Below, one piece after another: positions 1 to 9,587 of a DNA stretch of 64,000 nucleotides. Position 1 is the first letter of the stretch. Each line of letters starts with the position of its first letter. This DNA comes from Planctomycetota bacterium (GTDB lineage Bacteria > Planctomycetota > UBA1135 > UBA2386), in NCBI GenBank assembly GCA_965228735.1, contig OZ245838.1, positions 2,848,001-2,912,000 of the forward strand. Reading direction: 5' to 3'. The notes under the pieces were generated by a model. The model was given only the letters and a program-made list of their open reading frames with translations, searched no databases and was not told the DNA's origin. The position numbers and the translations under genes were made by a program.

Positions 1-1724
1 GTCTCCTCGGCGAACACGCGCGGCAGATCCGCGGCATCCGCCACGAACGTGCAGCGACCGTTGCCGAGCCGCGCGATCTCCTCGAGCAACACCGCGTCGC
101 TGTCGGTGTCGCTGCCGAGACCGATGACCGACACGGTCACGCCTTTGCTCGCCAGTTCGGGCACGAACGTGAGGTAGTCCGTCGGCTGCTCCGCGTCGGC
201 GGCGTCGGCGAACAGCACGATGTGGCGGTTCTTCTGCGGCGCGAGCGCGAGCTGGTTGGCACAGGCATGCAGCGCTTCGCCGACGTAGATGCCGCCGCCG
301 CCCGACGTGATCGACCGGATGCGGTCGCTGATCTCCGGATCGTCGTTCTTGATCGGCTGCATCTCGACGATCACGTGCGGCCCCGAGTCGACCGCGATCA
401 CGGCGACGGAGTCCATCGGCGACAGCAGCTCGACGGCGGTCGCGGCCCCGCGGTTCGCGAGGTCCATCTTGGTCTCCATGCCGGCCGTCTGCCCCATCGA
501 GCCGGAACGGTCGAGCGCGACGGCCATCGCGAGCCCGAAGCGGCGGTGCTCGTCGCGAATCTCCATCGTCACCGGCAGCACGTCCTCGACCGCCGTCTTG
601 TGATACCCACCGACGCCGAAGCTCGCGCGACCGCCGGTCATGAGCAGCCCGCCGCCGAGATCGCGCACCCACTGCGCCAGCGTGCCGATCGCACCGCGCG
701 GCAGCTCACCGGCCGGCACGTCCGCGAGGATCACGCAACGGAAGCCGTCGAGCCGATCGAGATTGAGCGGCGCGCCGAGCGGGGCGCTCGTGACGACGTC
801 GAGGCCGATCGCGCGCAGCGATCGCGTGAGGCGGTCCTCGCGGCCACCCGGCGTGATCGCGAGCACCCGCGGGGCCGCCGTGCCGCGGACGACGGCGAGG
901 CCGCGGTCGTTCTGCGGCAGCGGGTCGCCCTCGCGGCGCACCTCGACGGCGAACGTCGACAGCCCGGGTGACTGCGGCGCGCGGCGGAACTGCAGCACGT
1001 TGCGGCCCGGCACGAGGTCGATGCGGCCCTCGCGCGCGACCTCGCCGTCGACGAGCAGCCGGAACTCGGCGGGACCGGCTTCCACGGCCGAGACGATGCC
1101 CGACAGCACGAACGGTTCGCCGACCGCGACGGCGCTCGGCGCGAGCACGTCGACGACGGCGACGTCGGGGCCGGGCGTGCGGCCGACGAACTCGGCGTCG
1201 ATGCGGACGTTGCTGCGCAGCGCCGAGCGCAACGCCGCGTCGAGATCGGAGCCGGTGTGCTGCCCGTCGCTCACCACGAGCAGCGAACCCTGCCGCCCCG
1301 GCGAGATCAGCGCGAGCCCGGCCGTGACCGCGGCCGCGAGGTCGCTGCCGTCCGCATCGACTTCGCGCGCGGCCTCCGGCCAGTCGAACGGCGCGGTCGG
1401 CACGAGGTCGACGACGGGCTGTTTGCCGAACGACACGAGGCCGATGCGATCGCCGGGTTCGAGCCGTTCGGTGAGCTGCTCGGCCAGCTCCATCGTTCGA
1501 TCGCGGACGGCAGGCGGCATCGAGCGCGACCGATCGATCACGATGACGACATCGCGCCCCTCCTCGGCGCCCGGCACCCACGGCTGGGCGAGCATCGCGC
1601 AGACCAGGGCGAGGAACAGGACGCGCAGCGTGCCGACGAACGGGCGCGGCCAGATGCGACCGCGCAGGACGAGCAGCGCGAGCGGCAACAGCAGCCACGC
1701 TTCGGGCCAGGCGAAGCGGATCAC
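1..1724 (-). CDS. Double vWA-domain membrane-anchored protein (partial, runs off window start)
   Basis: GTG at 1724 overlaps the upstream TGA (GTGA). Reads MIRFAWPEAWLLLPL..., with MIDAS-like motifs VIVIDRSRSM and AVALDRSGSM. Absent from the ORF track because its stop lies outside the window. Confidence 0.85.
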   Translation of the reverse strand, partial: MIRFAWPEAWLLLPLALLVLRGRIWPRPFVGTLRVLFLALVCAMLAQPWVPGAEEGRDVVIVIDRSRSMPPAVRDRTMELAEQLTERLEPGDRIGLVSFGKQPVVDLVPTAPFDWPEAAREVDADGSDLAAAVTAGLALISPGRQGSLLVVSDGQHTGSDLDAALRSALRSNVRIDAEFVGRTPGPDVAVVDVLAPSAVAVGEPFVLSGIVSAVEAGPAEFRLLVDGEVAREGRIDLVPGRNVLQFRRAPQSPGLSTFAVEVRREGDPLPQNDRGLAVVRGTAAPRVLAITPGGREDRLTRSLRAIGLDVVTSAPLGAPLNLDRLDGFRCVILADVPAGELPRGAIGTLAQWVRDLGGGLLMTGGRASFGVGGYHKTAVEDVLPVTMEIRDEHRRFGLAMAVALDRSGSMGQTAGMETKMDLANRGAATAVELLSPMDSVAVIAVDSGPHVIVEMQPIKNDDPEISDRIRSITSGGGGIYVGEALHACANQLALAPQKNRHIVLFADAADAEQPTDYLTFVPELASKGVTVSVIGLGSDTDSDAVLLEEIARLGNGRCTFVADAADLPRVFAEE

Positions 1725-3478
1725 GCGCGCCTCCTGCCGAGCACCCACCAGTCGAGCAGCGCCGCGGCGAGCAGCAGCACCGCGAGCAGCCGCCGTTCGA
1801 TCGACGTGTCGCGCACCGTGTCGTCGCTCAGCGCAGCGGTGTCGGGGCGCATGGTCTTCGTCGTGAGCCGACCGAGATCGGACTCGGCCGGATCGTGGAA
1901 GCGCACGGCGGCCACGCCCCGCAGGTAGCCCTGCTGATCGAAGACGCGATGCAGCCCCGGCATCTGCGGCACCCAGCCGACGACGCGATCGCCGCGGCCG
2001 CGTTCGCGGGCATCCAGGGGATCGGCGAGCCACAGCACCGAGTCGGCGCTCTCTGCGATGAGCGTGCGGCGGAAGCGGATCTCGTCGCCGAGCGTGACGT
2101 TGGCGGCGACGAGACCGGGCACCTCGTCGCGCGCGACGTCGAGCAGGTTGGCGAACAGGAGCGGCCAGTCCGGCGAACGCACGAGGTTGCCGGCGCTCGG
2201 ATCGACGTTCACGCGCAGCCGGCGGCCCGCGCGCACGAACTCCTCGGTCATCAGCGCGCGGTTGCCAACCGCGACGACCACGCGGCCGGGTGGCGTCTCG
2301 CGACCGGCGAGCCAGACGACGCCGTGCAGGTGCACACCCGTGAGCCACGGGTGACCGCGGTCGACGACGAACGGGCCGCGCCAGCCGTCGCGTTCGCCGT
2401 CCCCGGCGGACAGCACGACCTCGGTCTGGCCCGCGATCGGTCGACCCGGACTGGTCGCGAGCACGAGCTGCGCGTTGAGCAGCTCGGCCTCGAGCACGTG
2501 ACCGTCGAGTGCTCCGAACACGCGATCGAGACCGAGGGCCTCGCGCTCCTCAGGCTCGAGCAGATCGCAGACCCGCACGGTGCGCAGCGGCTCGGGCGCG
2601 ACCCACGCGACGTTGTCGATCGCGAGCGCATCGTCGCCAAGCCGCACCTCGACCGGGCCGGCGCCTGCCGGCAGCGGCAGCACGAGGTCCGCGTGACCGG
2701 GCGCGAGGTCGAGCGTGCGGTGCAGCAGTTCGTTCTCCTCGAGCAGCACCTTGATCTCGGCGCTGGAGATCGCGCCGTACCGGCCGACCCGCACCCGCAG
2801 CTCTTCGCCGCCGGCTTCGCGCCGGAACCGCTGGGCGCTCAGGATCGCGGCGTTGGGCACCGCCTCGCCGACCGCGACGACGTGGATGTCGAGCGCGCCG
2901 CGCCCGAGGGCCGCGACCCCGGCCAGCTCGTCCGTGACGAACAGGACCTCGTCGGCGGCCGTCGCGAGCTCGCGCGCGAGCTCGAGCGCCGGCAGCGGGT
3001 CGTGCCGCGGCTGCGCGGGCTGCCAGGTCGCGAGCGCCGGTTCGATCTCGGAGGGCAGCGCGCGCGGGCCGACGAGGATCTCGCCGCGCGGGCCGGTGCG
3101 CAGCAGCGTGACGCGGTCACGGCTCGCGAGGTCGTCGATGCGGGCCCGCAGGGCGCGCCGCGCGGGCTCCGCGTCCTGCACCGCCATCGACGCGGAGTCG
3201 TCGAGCACGAACACGACGTGGCGCGCGGCGATCCCGCCCCACGATGGACCGGCGAGCCACAGCGCGAGGAGCGCGGCCGCGAGGCACTCGAGCCAGAGCG
3301 AGGGCGACCGCAGCAGCCGCGTGCGCGTGCGGCCCGCGGCGGTCACGAGCCGTTCGCCGGTGAACAAGAACACCGCCGCGACGCGCCGCTGCTGCAGCCG
3401 GCGGCGAAAGAGGTGCAGCGCGACGATCGCCGGCACGGCCAGGAGCGCGAGCAGCGCGAGCGGGTGGGCGAAGCTCAT
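1721..3478 (-). CDS. BatA-type N-terminal domain + vWA domain protein
   Basis: N-terminus MSFAHPLALLALLAVPAIVALHL (BatA-like), MIDAS motif VFVLDDSASM, C-terminal TM helix; ATGA overlap with the DUF58 gene. Confidence 0.85.
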   Translation of the reverse strand: MSFAHPLALLALLAVPAIVALHLFRRRLQQRRVAAVFLFTGERLVTAAGRTRTRLLRSPSLWLECLAAALLALWLAGPSWGGIAARHVVFVLDDSASMAVQDAEPARRALRARIDDLASRDRVTLLRTGPRGEILVGPRALPSEIEPALATWQPAQPRHDPLPALELARELATAADEVLFVTDELAGVAALGRGALDIHVVAVGEAVPNAAILSAQRFRREAGGEELRVRVGRYGAISSAEIKVLLEENELLHRTLDLAPGHADLVLPLPAGAGPVEVRLGDDALAIDNVAWVAPEPLRTVRVCDLLEPEEREALGLDRVFGALDGHVLEAELLNAQLVLATSPGRPIAGQTEVVLSAGDGERDGWRGPFVVDRGHPWLTGVHLHGVVWLAGRETPPGRVVVAVGNRALMTEEFVRAGRRLRVNVDPSAGNLVRSPDWPLLFANLLDVARDEVPGLVAANVTLGDEIRFRRTLIAESADSVLWLADPLDARERGRGDRVVGWVPQMPGLHRVFDQQGYLRGVAAVRFHDPAESDLGRLTTKTMRPDTAALSDDTVRDTSIERRLLAVLLLAAALLDWWVLGRRRA

Positions 3479-4299
3479 CGCGGTTCGAGCACGCCTCCCG
3501 CGAGCAATGCCCCTTCGCACATCGCATCGAGGCCGGCCGCGGGCACGCGCGTGTGCACGCCGCCATGGGCCGTGACCTCGGCGCGCAGAGCCTCACACAG
3601 GCGTTCGAGGCGCGTGCGGTAGCCAGCGATCGTGCGCGCGTCGAGCTGCACCTCGGAACGGTCGCCCGTCTCGCAGTCGACGAGCGTGAACGCGCCTTCC
3701 GCGGATGGCTCGATCTCCCACGGGTCCAGCACCTGCAGGCAGAAGAACCGCGCGGTGCTCGTGAGCGTCCGCCGGATGAACGCGTCGGACGCGGCCGGCC
3801 ACAGTCCGTCCGTGACGAGCACGCGCACGCCGCCCGGTCGCAACGGCACGAGCGGCAGCGCCGGCGCGGTGCCCGAATCGTCGAACGTCAGCTGGCCGGG
3901 ATCGAGCGGGCCGCCGCCGAGCCCGAGCACGCGCGCGCGCGAACCCTGGCGTTCGGACCAGCCGACGAGCGCATTCACGAGCTCGATCACGGCGCGCTGC
4001 TTGACCGGCGTCGACGCCATCGACGCCGAGCCGTCGAGCAGGATGTCGACGTGCGGCGCGACCTCCTCCTGGTGCAACCGGATGCGGAGCTGCTCGGTCC
4101 GCGCGTAGCCGCGCCAATCGAGATGCCGCAGGTCGTCGCCCGGGACGTAGTCGCGAAAGTCGAAGAACTCCTGCGAGCTGCCGACGCCGTGGCCCCGTCG
4201 TTCGCCGGCGCGGCCACGGAACCGCTGCGCGCCGAGGCCGAGCCGGTAGCGCGCGACGGCAGCCGCGACTGCGGCCGCCGCTGCCTGGTCGACCGTCAT
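3475..4299 (-). CDS. DUF58 family protein
   Basis: GSSQEFFDFRDYVPGDDLRHLDW signature and LLDGSASM; ATG at 4299 overlaps the upstream stop. Confidence 0.92.
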   Translation of the reverse strand: MTVDQAAAAAVAAAVARYRLGLGAQRFRGRAGERRGHGVGSSQEFFDFRDYVPGDDLRHLDWRGYARTEQLRIRLHQEEVAPHVDILLDGSASMASTPVKQRAVIELVNALVGWSERQGSRARVLGLGGGPLDPGQLTFDDSGTAPALPLVPLRPGGVRVLVTDGLWPAASDAFIRRTLTSTARFFCLQVLDPWEIEPSAEGAFTLVDCETGDRSEVQLDARTIAGYRTRLERLCEALRAEVTAHGGVHTRVPAAGLDAMCEGALLAGGVLEPR

Positions 4300-5897
4300 G
4301 ACGACTCGGGCGGCGCTGCCGCCGGCGCCCGCGCGCGCCGCACGGCCGAGGCCGCGAGCACTTCGCGCACCGCCCCGACGATCGCCGGCACCTGCAGCAC
4401 GACGACCCCGAGGGCGACGAGCCCGATGATCGTCGCGTGGTTGCCGTTCGAGGAATCGAACACGGCCTCGTTGATCGTCCAGAACGGATTCATCGCGTGG
4501 CCGACGTGCCAGCCGCGGACCCCGCCGCGGACGAACACGTCGATGAGCAGCGGCACGATGCAGAACAGGAACAGCAGGAACGGCAGCCCGAACCGCGCGA
4601 GGTGATTGCCCTGCACGCTCTTCGGCAGGCGACCGCGGAGCCAGAGGCCGAGCGCGAGGTAGATCACGGTGTACGACACGACGAGCACGGCGAACTCGTT
4701 GCGGTTGTCGAGGCCGAACGACCGCGACACCGAACTCGGCCAGGTCAGCAGCGCGAGCGAGCCGATCCAGGCGGCGGCGATCAGATAACACAAGTAGCCG
4801 CGGACGCGACCCGGCAGGAACGGGACGCTGAGCAGCGCGAGCACCGGCGACCGCGGCACGTGCGCGCGGACGCGCGGTGACAACCCGCGCTGCTCGGTGA
4901 CCATGAAGATGCCGAACACGGCCGCGCCGATGAGCATCGCGATCGTGCCCGCCACGAACGCCGGGACGCGGGCCGCCGCCGGCACGAAGAACGCGATCCA
5001 GCCGAACGCAGCGCCCACGACGACGAGCAGGAACACGCGGAAGCCCGACGACTTGTTCTCGTAGGCGTGCGCCAGGAACGTCGCGGCCGTCAGCCCCGAC
5101 ATGACGCACGACGCCGTGCCCGCCAGCACGAGCCCGCTCGTGACCATCGCGAGCGCGTCGCTGCGGAGCAGCCACGCGATCCCGCTCGCGTACCCGCCCG
5201 ACCCGATGAACGCGATGAGGCTCGTGCTGGCGATCGCGAGCGCGACCGCGACCGCGAGATTGGCGATGCCCTGCATCGCGGGCAGGACGCCCTGCGCGGC
5301 CGAACTGACGGCGAACGCGGTGGCTGCGACGCAGAACAGCAGGCCGAACGCGAGGCTCACGGCGATCGTCGGCACATCGACGCCGCGCAACAGATAGCTC
5401 GTCGCGAGCAACGGCGACAGGATCGACACGTAGAGGCCGAACTGCACCATCGCCGCCCCGAGCTTGCCGGCGATGATCCGCCACGGCTTGAGCTCCGAGA
5501 GCAGCAGCTGCTCGATCGTGCCGCCCTTGAGCTCGTGCCGCATCGACTGGTACGCCTGCATCGGCACGACGAAGATCAGCAGCGGCACGAGCGTCGCGAG
5601 GCCCGCGTCGAAGACGTTGCGGCCACCGGAGTCGGGATCGAAGTCGGCGGCGACGATCAGCGCGATCGAGATGACGACGATGCACGCCGCGAGCACGCTG
5701 ATGACGAACACGCGCCCCTTGAGCGCCTGCTGCACCTCGCGCACGACGATCGGGTTGAGCCAGTCCGACCACCGGCTCCAGCGTTCGCGCCGGCGCTCGG
5801 CCGCATCGATCGGGGGCTCGGGCACCGGCGCGGGGCCGTTCGGCTCGGCCGCGAGTTCGGCGAGGGCGGTGCCATCGGTCCGTGGCTGGTCGTTCAC
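4296..5897 (-). CDS. ABC-2-type transporter permease-like membrane protein
   Basis: Many TM segments, NPIVVRE and ELKGGTIEQLLLS...IIAGK motifs; coupled to the ABC ATPase gene. Confidence 0.8.
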   Translation of the reverse strand: MNDQPRTDGTALAELAAEPNGPAPVPEPPIDAAERRRERWSRWSDWLNPIVVREVQQALKGRVFVISVLAACIVVISIALIVAADFDPDSGGRNVFDAGLATLVPLLIFVVPMQAYQSMRHELKGGTIEQLLLSELKPWRIIAGKLGAAMVQFGLYVSILSPLLATSYLLRGVDVPTIAVSLAFGLLFCVAATAFAVSSAAQGVLPAMQGIANLAVAVALAIASTSLIAFIGSGGYASGIAWLLRSDALAMVTSGLVLAGTASCVMSGLTAATFLAHAYENKSSGFRVFLLVVVGAAFGWIAFFVPAAARVPAFVAGTIAMLIGAAVFGIFMVTEQRGLSPRVRAHVPRSPVLALLSVPFLPGRVRGYLCYLIAAAWIGSLALLTWPSSVSRSFGLDNRNEFAVLVVSYTVIYLALGLWLRGRLPKSVQGNHLARFGLPFLLFLFCIVPLLIDVFVRGGVRGWHVGHAMNPFWTINEAVFDSSNGNHATIIGLVALGVVVLQVPAIVGAVREVLAASAVRRARAPAAAPPESS

Positions 5898-6832
5898 TGC
5901 AGGTTCCCCTTCGTCGTGTGCAGGAAGATGTCCTCGAGATCGGCCTCGGTGCGCGCGAACTCGGCGACGCGGATGCCGGCCGCGAACGCGCGCTGGAGCA
6001 CCTCGCTCATCGCCTCGTCGTCGCCCGTGAACTCGAAGCGCAGCTTGTTGCCGTCGACGACGACGCCGCCGACGCCGGGCTGGGTCAGCAGGAACTTCTC
6101 GGCCTGTTCGGCCTCATCGATCACGCGCATCGCCACGGCCTGGTCCTGGGAGAGGCTCTGCTGGATCTCGGCGATCGAGCCCCAGACGACGCGCCGCCCC
6201 TTCTCGACGACGACGACCGAATCGCACGTCTCGCCGAGTTCCGGCAGGATGTGCGAGCTGATGAGGATGCCCTTGCCGGCCGCCGCGAGCTCCTTCAGCA
6301 GCGCGCGGAACTCGATGCGCGCGCGCGGATCGAGACCCGACGCGGGCTCGTCGAGGATCAGCAGCAGCGGGTCGTGCAGCAGCGTCTTCGCGAGATGCAG
6401 CCGCTGCCCCATGCCCTTGCTGAGCCCCGTCGCCGGCCGATCCGCGAACGTGTCGAGCCCGCAGAAGCTCGCGACCTGCCGCACCATCTGCACCCGCTTC
6501 CGGCCGCGCAGGCCGTAGGCGCGCGCGCTGAAGTCGAGGTACTGCAGCACGTCGAGGTTGGGGTACGGGTGGAACTGATCGGACATGTAGCCGATCCGCC
6601 GCCGCACCGCGCGCGGCTCGACGAGGACCGACACGCCGTCGACGAGCGCGTCGCCGCTGTCGGGGATGTCGAGCGTCGCGACGATCCGCATCGTCGTCGT
6701 CTTGCCGGCACCGTTGGGACCGACGAAGCCGGTGACCTGACCGCGCGCCATCTGGAACGACAGGTCGGATACCGCGCGGACCTTGCCGTACGCCCGGCTG
6801 AGGTCGTTCACCTCGAGGAGCGGCGCGGTCAT
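5894..6832 (-). CDS. ABC transporter ATP-binding protein
   Basis: Walker A GPNGAGKTT, signature LSKGM, Walker B LLILDEP, H-loop SSH. Confidence 0.95.
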   Translation of the reverse strand: MTAPLLEVNDLSRAYGKVRAVSDLSFQMARGQVTGFVGPNGAGKTTTMRIVATLDIPDSGDALVDGVSVLVEPRAVRRRIGYMSDQFHPYPNLDVLQYLDFSARAYGLRGRKRVQMVRQVASFCGLDTFADRPATGLSKGMGQRLHLAKTLLHDPLLLILDEPASGLDPRARIEFRALLKELAAAGKGILISSHILPELGETCDSVVVVEKGRRVVWGSIAEIQQSLSQDQAVAMRVIDEAEQAEKFLLTQPGVGGVVVDGNKLRFEFTGDDEAMSEVLQRAFAAGIRVAEFARTEADLEDIFLHTTKGNLQ

Positions 6833-8574
6833 CGGACGATGTCCTCCGGACCGAGGCGGCCGTAGACGAAGTGACGCTGCCGTTCGTAGTCGGGTGCGAG
6901 GCCGTGATCGGGCACCCACGGCGCCTCTGCGACGTGCGTCATGTAGGTCCCGCGGGGCAGCTCGCGGCCCGCGAACAGTGACTCGAACGACCCCAGCACG
7001 TGAAGTGTCGGCGAGACCTCGTTCGCCAGGTGTCCGCTGACGTTCTCCTCGAGTTCGCCGAGCCAGTCCTCGGCGTCGCTCGCGCTGATGCGGGTGAGCC
7101 GCCCACCATCGCCGAACCAGTACGCGCCGTCGTCGTCGCGCAGCAGCAACCCACCGGTCGGCTGGACGCCGCCGTCCGAGAGCAGTTCGAGATCGCCGTC
7201 CGGCAACCGACGGGCGCGCAGCCGCGCGCGACTGATGCCCTGGCGCGCGCTCACGAGCGCCGTCTCCGTGCGGGCCGGCACGACGTTGCCGAGGATCGTG
7301 CCGCGATCACCGTCGAACGACCACCGATGCCGACTGCGTTGATCCGGCCGCCGATACGCCGCGGGCGACAGCAGGATGCTGTCCGCACCGAGCGTCAGGT
7401 CGGACGGCGACAATCCGGCAAACAGCGTGCGGCTCGCGATCGTCGCGACCTCGTGATTCTGCTGATCGAGCACGGTCCACGACCGTTCGACGCCGCGCAC
7501 GCCGAAGCCGTCGTGCAGGATCGCGTAACCGAACATCAGCAGCGTGGTCCCGAGGCCGATCGCGGGCACGGTGACGAGCGCGAGCATCGGACGCTTGGCG
7601 CGCCGCAGCATGAACAGGTTGATCGGTCCGACGACGATCGCGAACATCAGGATCACGAACAGGAACACGAGCACGGGCGCCTGCGCGAGCCCGGGGATCT
7701 CCTGCCGCACCTGCAGACCGTGCTCGAGCGGCCAGACGCCGATGCTCTTGCCGGAGCCGAGCAGCCCGGGCACGAGGTGATCGAAGTCGAGCCGCGGCCC
7801 CGCGACGGTGACGAACCCGAAGCCCGTACGGGCGCGCTGGCCGTCGTCGAACGCCTCGAAGTTCTCGCGCAGTTCGCCGGGATCGAGCCGGTCGGCACCG
7901 ACGAGCAAGAGGCTGCCGCCGGCGTGGGCGAAGCGCCGCAAGGCCGCCTGGCGCTCCTCGTCGATCCGCGACATGCCGTCGACGACGACGAGCGGGAACG
8001 CGGTGTAGAGCCGCCAATCGCGCGGCGCGTCGACGGTCGGGCAGGTGACGACGCGCGGCTTGCTGCGCCGCTTGCCGGGCCACAGCTGCTGCACGAGCCC
8101 GAGCGTCGCGGGTTCGAAGTCTTCGTTGTCGCTGACGACGAGCGCCGCTGGTCCGTCCGTGCGACCCGAGGTCATGTATTCCTCGTAGATCGTGTTGTCG
8201 ACCGTGACGATCACGTCGAACGCGTAGCGCGACAGCACGGGCATCGGCAGGTGCAGGCGCGCGCGTTCGTACGGCCCGAGTCCGACGGTGCGCCGGAGTT
8301 CGACGCTGCTCTGCGTGTGGGTGCGGGTCGAGATCTCGACCCGCACGGCGTGGGCCGCGGAGTCCTCGTTCTGCAGGTCGACGAGGATGAAGCCGTAGCC
8401 GCCGCCCGTCCCGCTGCCCGTCCCGCTGCCCGCGAACACGGAGAATCCGAGGCCCATGATGCGCCGCTCATCGACCTTGTGATCGATCGTGAGGTCCTGG
8501 GCCCGGAGCGCGCCCCCAAGGAGCGGAACGATGAGCGAGCCGAAGATCAGCAGCAGCAGGGTCAGCGATCTCAC
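6829..8574 (-). CDS. Hypothetical membrane protein of the MoxR operon
   Basis: Signal peptide, two central TM helices (FLFVILMFAIVVGPINLF), translational overlaps on both sides. Confidence 0.8.
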   Translation of the reverse strand: MRSLTLLLLIFGSLIVPLLGGALRAQDLTIDHKVDERRIMGLGFSVFAGSGTGSGTGGGYGFILVDLQNEDSAAHAVRVEISTRTHTQSSVELRRTVGLGPYERARLHLPMPVLSRYAFDVIVTVDNTIYEEYMTSGRTDGPAALVVSDNEDFEPATLGLVQQLWPGKRRSKPRVVTCPTVDAPRDWRLYTAFPLVVVDGMSRIDEERQAALRRFAHAGGSLLLVGADRLDPGELRENFEAFDDGQRARTGFGFVTVAGPRLDFDHLVPGLLGSGKSIGVWPLEHGLQVRQEIPGLAQAPVLVFLFVILMFAIVVGPINLFMLRRAKRPMLALVTVPAIGLGTTLLMFGYAILHDGFGVRGVERSWTVLDQQNHEVATIASRTLFAGLSPSDLTLGADSILLSPAAYRRPDQRSRHRWSFDGDRGTILGNVVPARTETALVSARQGISRARLRARRLPDGDLELLSDGGVQPTGGLLLRDDDGAYWFGDGGRLTRISASDAEDWLGELEENVSGHLANEVSPTLHVLGSFESLFAGRELPRGTYMTHVAEAPWVPDHGLAPDYERQRHFVYGRLGPEDIVR

Positions 8575-9587
8575 TGCACGGCCTCCGGCAAATCGCGCGC
8601 GATCTCGGGCACCGCATCGAGCAGCGCGGCGACGACGTCCGCCGCCGTCGTCCCGGCGACGACCGCGGCGTGATCCAGCACGAGGCGGTGCGCGAGCGCG
8701 GCCTTCGCCGTCGCCTGCACGTCCGCGAAGTCGACGTTGGGTCGGCCCGCGATGAGCGCGGCAGCGCGCGCGGCCTCGCCGATCGCGATGGCGGCGCGCG
8801 GCGACGCGCCGAAGCGCACGGCCGTCTGCACCACGTTCGGCGCCGCGGCGTCACGCGGATGACTCGCGGCGACGAGGCGCGCGATGTAGCTCGCGACCGC
8901 TTCGGGCAGGAACACCTCGTCCACGAGCCCGAACAGCTCGTCGAGCTCGGCGGGCGTCAGCACGGCGTCCTGCGCCGGCGGCTGCCCCCGGCGACGCTCG
9001 CCGAGGATGCGCGTCATCACCGACGCGTCGACGCCCGGCACCTCGACCTTGAACAGGAAGCGGTCGAGCTGCGCTTCGGGCAGCGGATACGTGCCCTCGA
9101 GCTCGATCGGGTTCTGCGTCGCGAGCACGAAGAACGGCAGCGGCAGCGCGTGCGTCTCGCCGAGCACGGTGACGCTGCGCTCCTGCATCGCCTCGAGCAG
9201 CGCGGACTGCGTCTTGGGCGACGCACGGTTGATCTCGTCGGCGAGCACGACGCTCGCGAACAGCGGACCGGGTTGGAACACGAACGCGCGTTCGCCGCCC
9301 TTCTCCTGCAGGATCGGACCGCCGGTGATGTCGCCGGGCAGCAGATCCGGCGTGAACTGGACGCGCCGGAACGGCAGTCCGAGGAGCCGACCGAGCGCCT
9401 TGACGAGCTCGGTCTTGCCGAGCCCCGGCAGGCCTTCGAGCAGCAGATGGCCGCGCGCGAGCAGCGCGATGACCGCGAGGTCGACGAGCTCTTCCTGGCC
9501 GAGCAGAACCGAGTTGCAGCCGTCCCGGATGCGGCCGAGCAACTGCTGGCCGCGTTCGACCTCGGCGGCGGTGAGCACCTTCGTCAT
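8571..9587 (-). CDS. moxR: MoxR-family AAA+ ATPase
   Basis: EGLPGLGKT, RVQFTPDLLPGDITG, LADEINRASPKTQSALLEAM, ATQNPIELEGTYPLPEAQLDRF. Confidence 0.96.
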   Translation of the reverse strand: MTKVLTAAEVERGQQLLGRIRDGCNSVLLGQEELVDLAVIALLARGHLLLEGLPGLGKTELVKALGRLLGLPFRRVQFTPDLLPGDITGGPILQEKGGERAFVFQPGPLFASVVLADEINRASPKTQSALLEAMQERSVTVLGETHALPLPFFVLATQNPIELEGTYPLPEAQLDRFLFKVEVPGVDASVMTRILGERRRGQPPAQDAVLTPAELDELFGLVDEVFLPEAVASYIARLVAASHPRDAAAPNVVQTAVRFGASPRAAIAIGEAARAAALIAGRPNVDFADVQATAKAALAHRLVLDHAAVVAGTTAADVVAALLDAVPEIARDLPEAVQ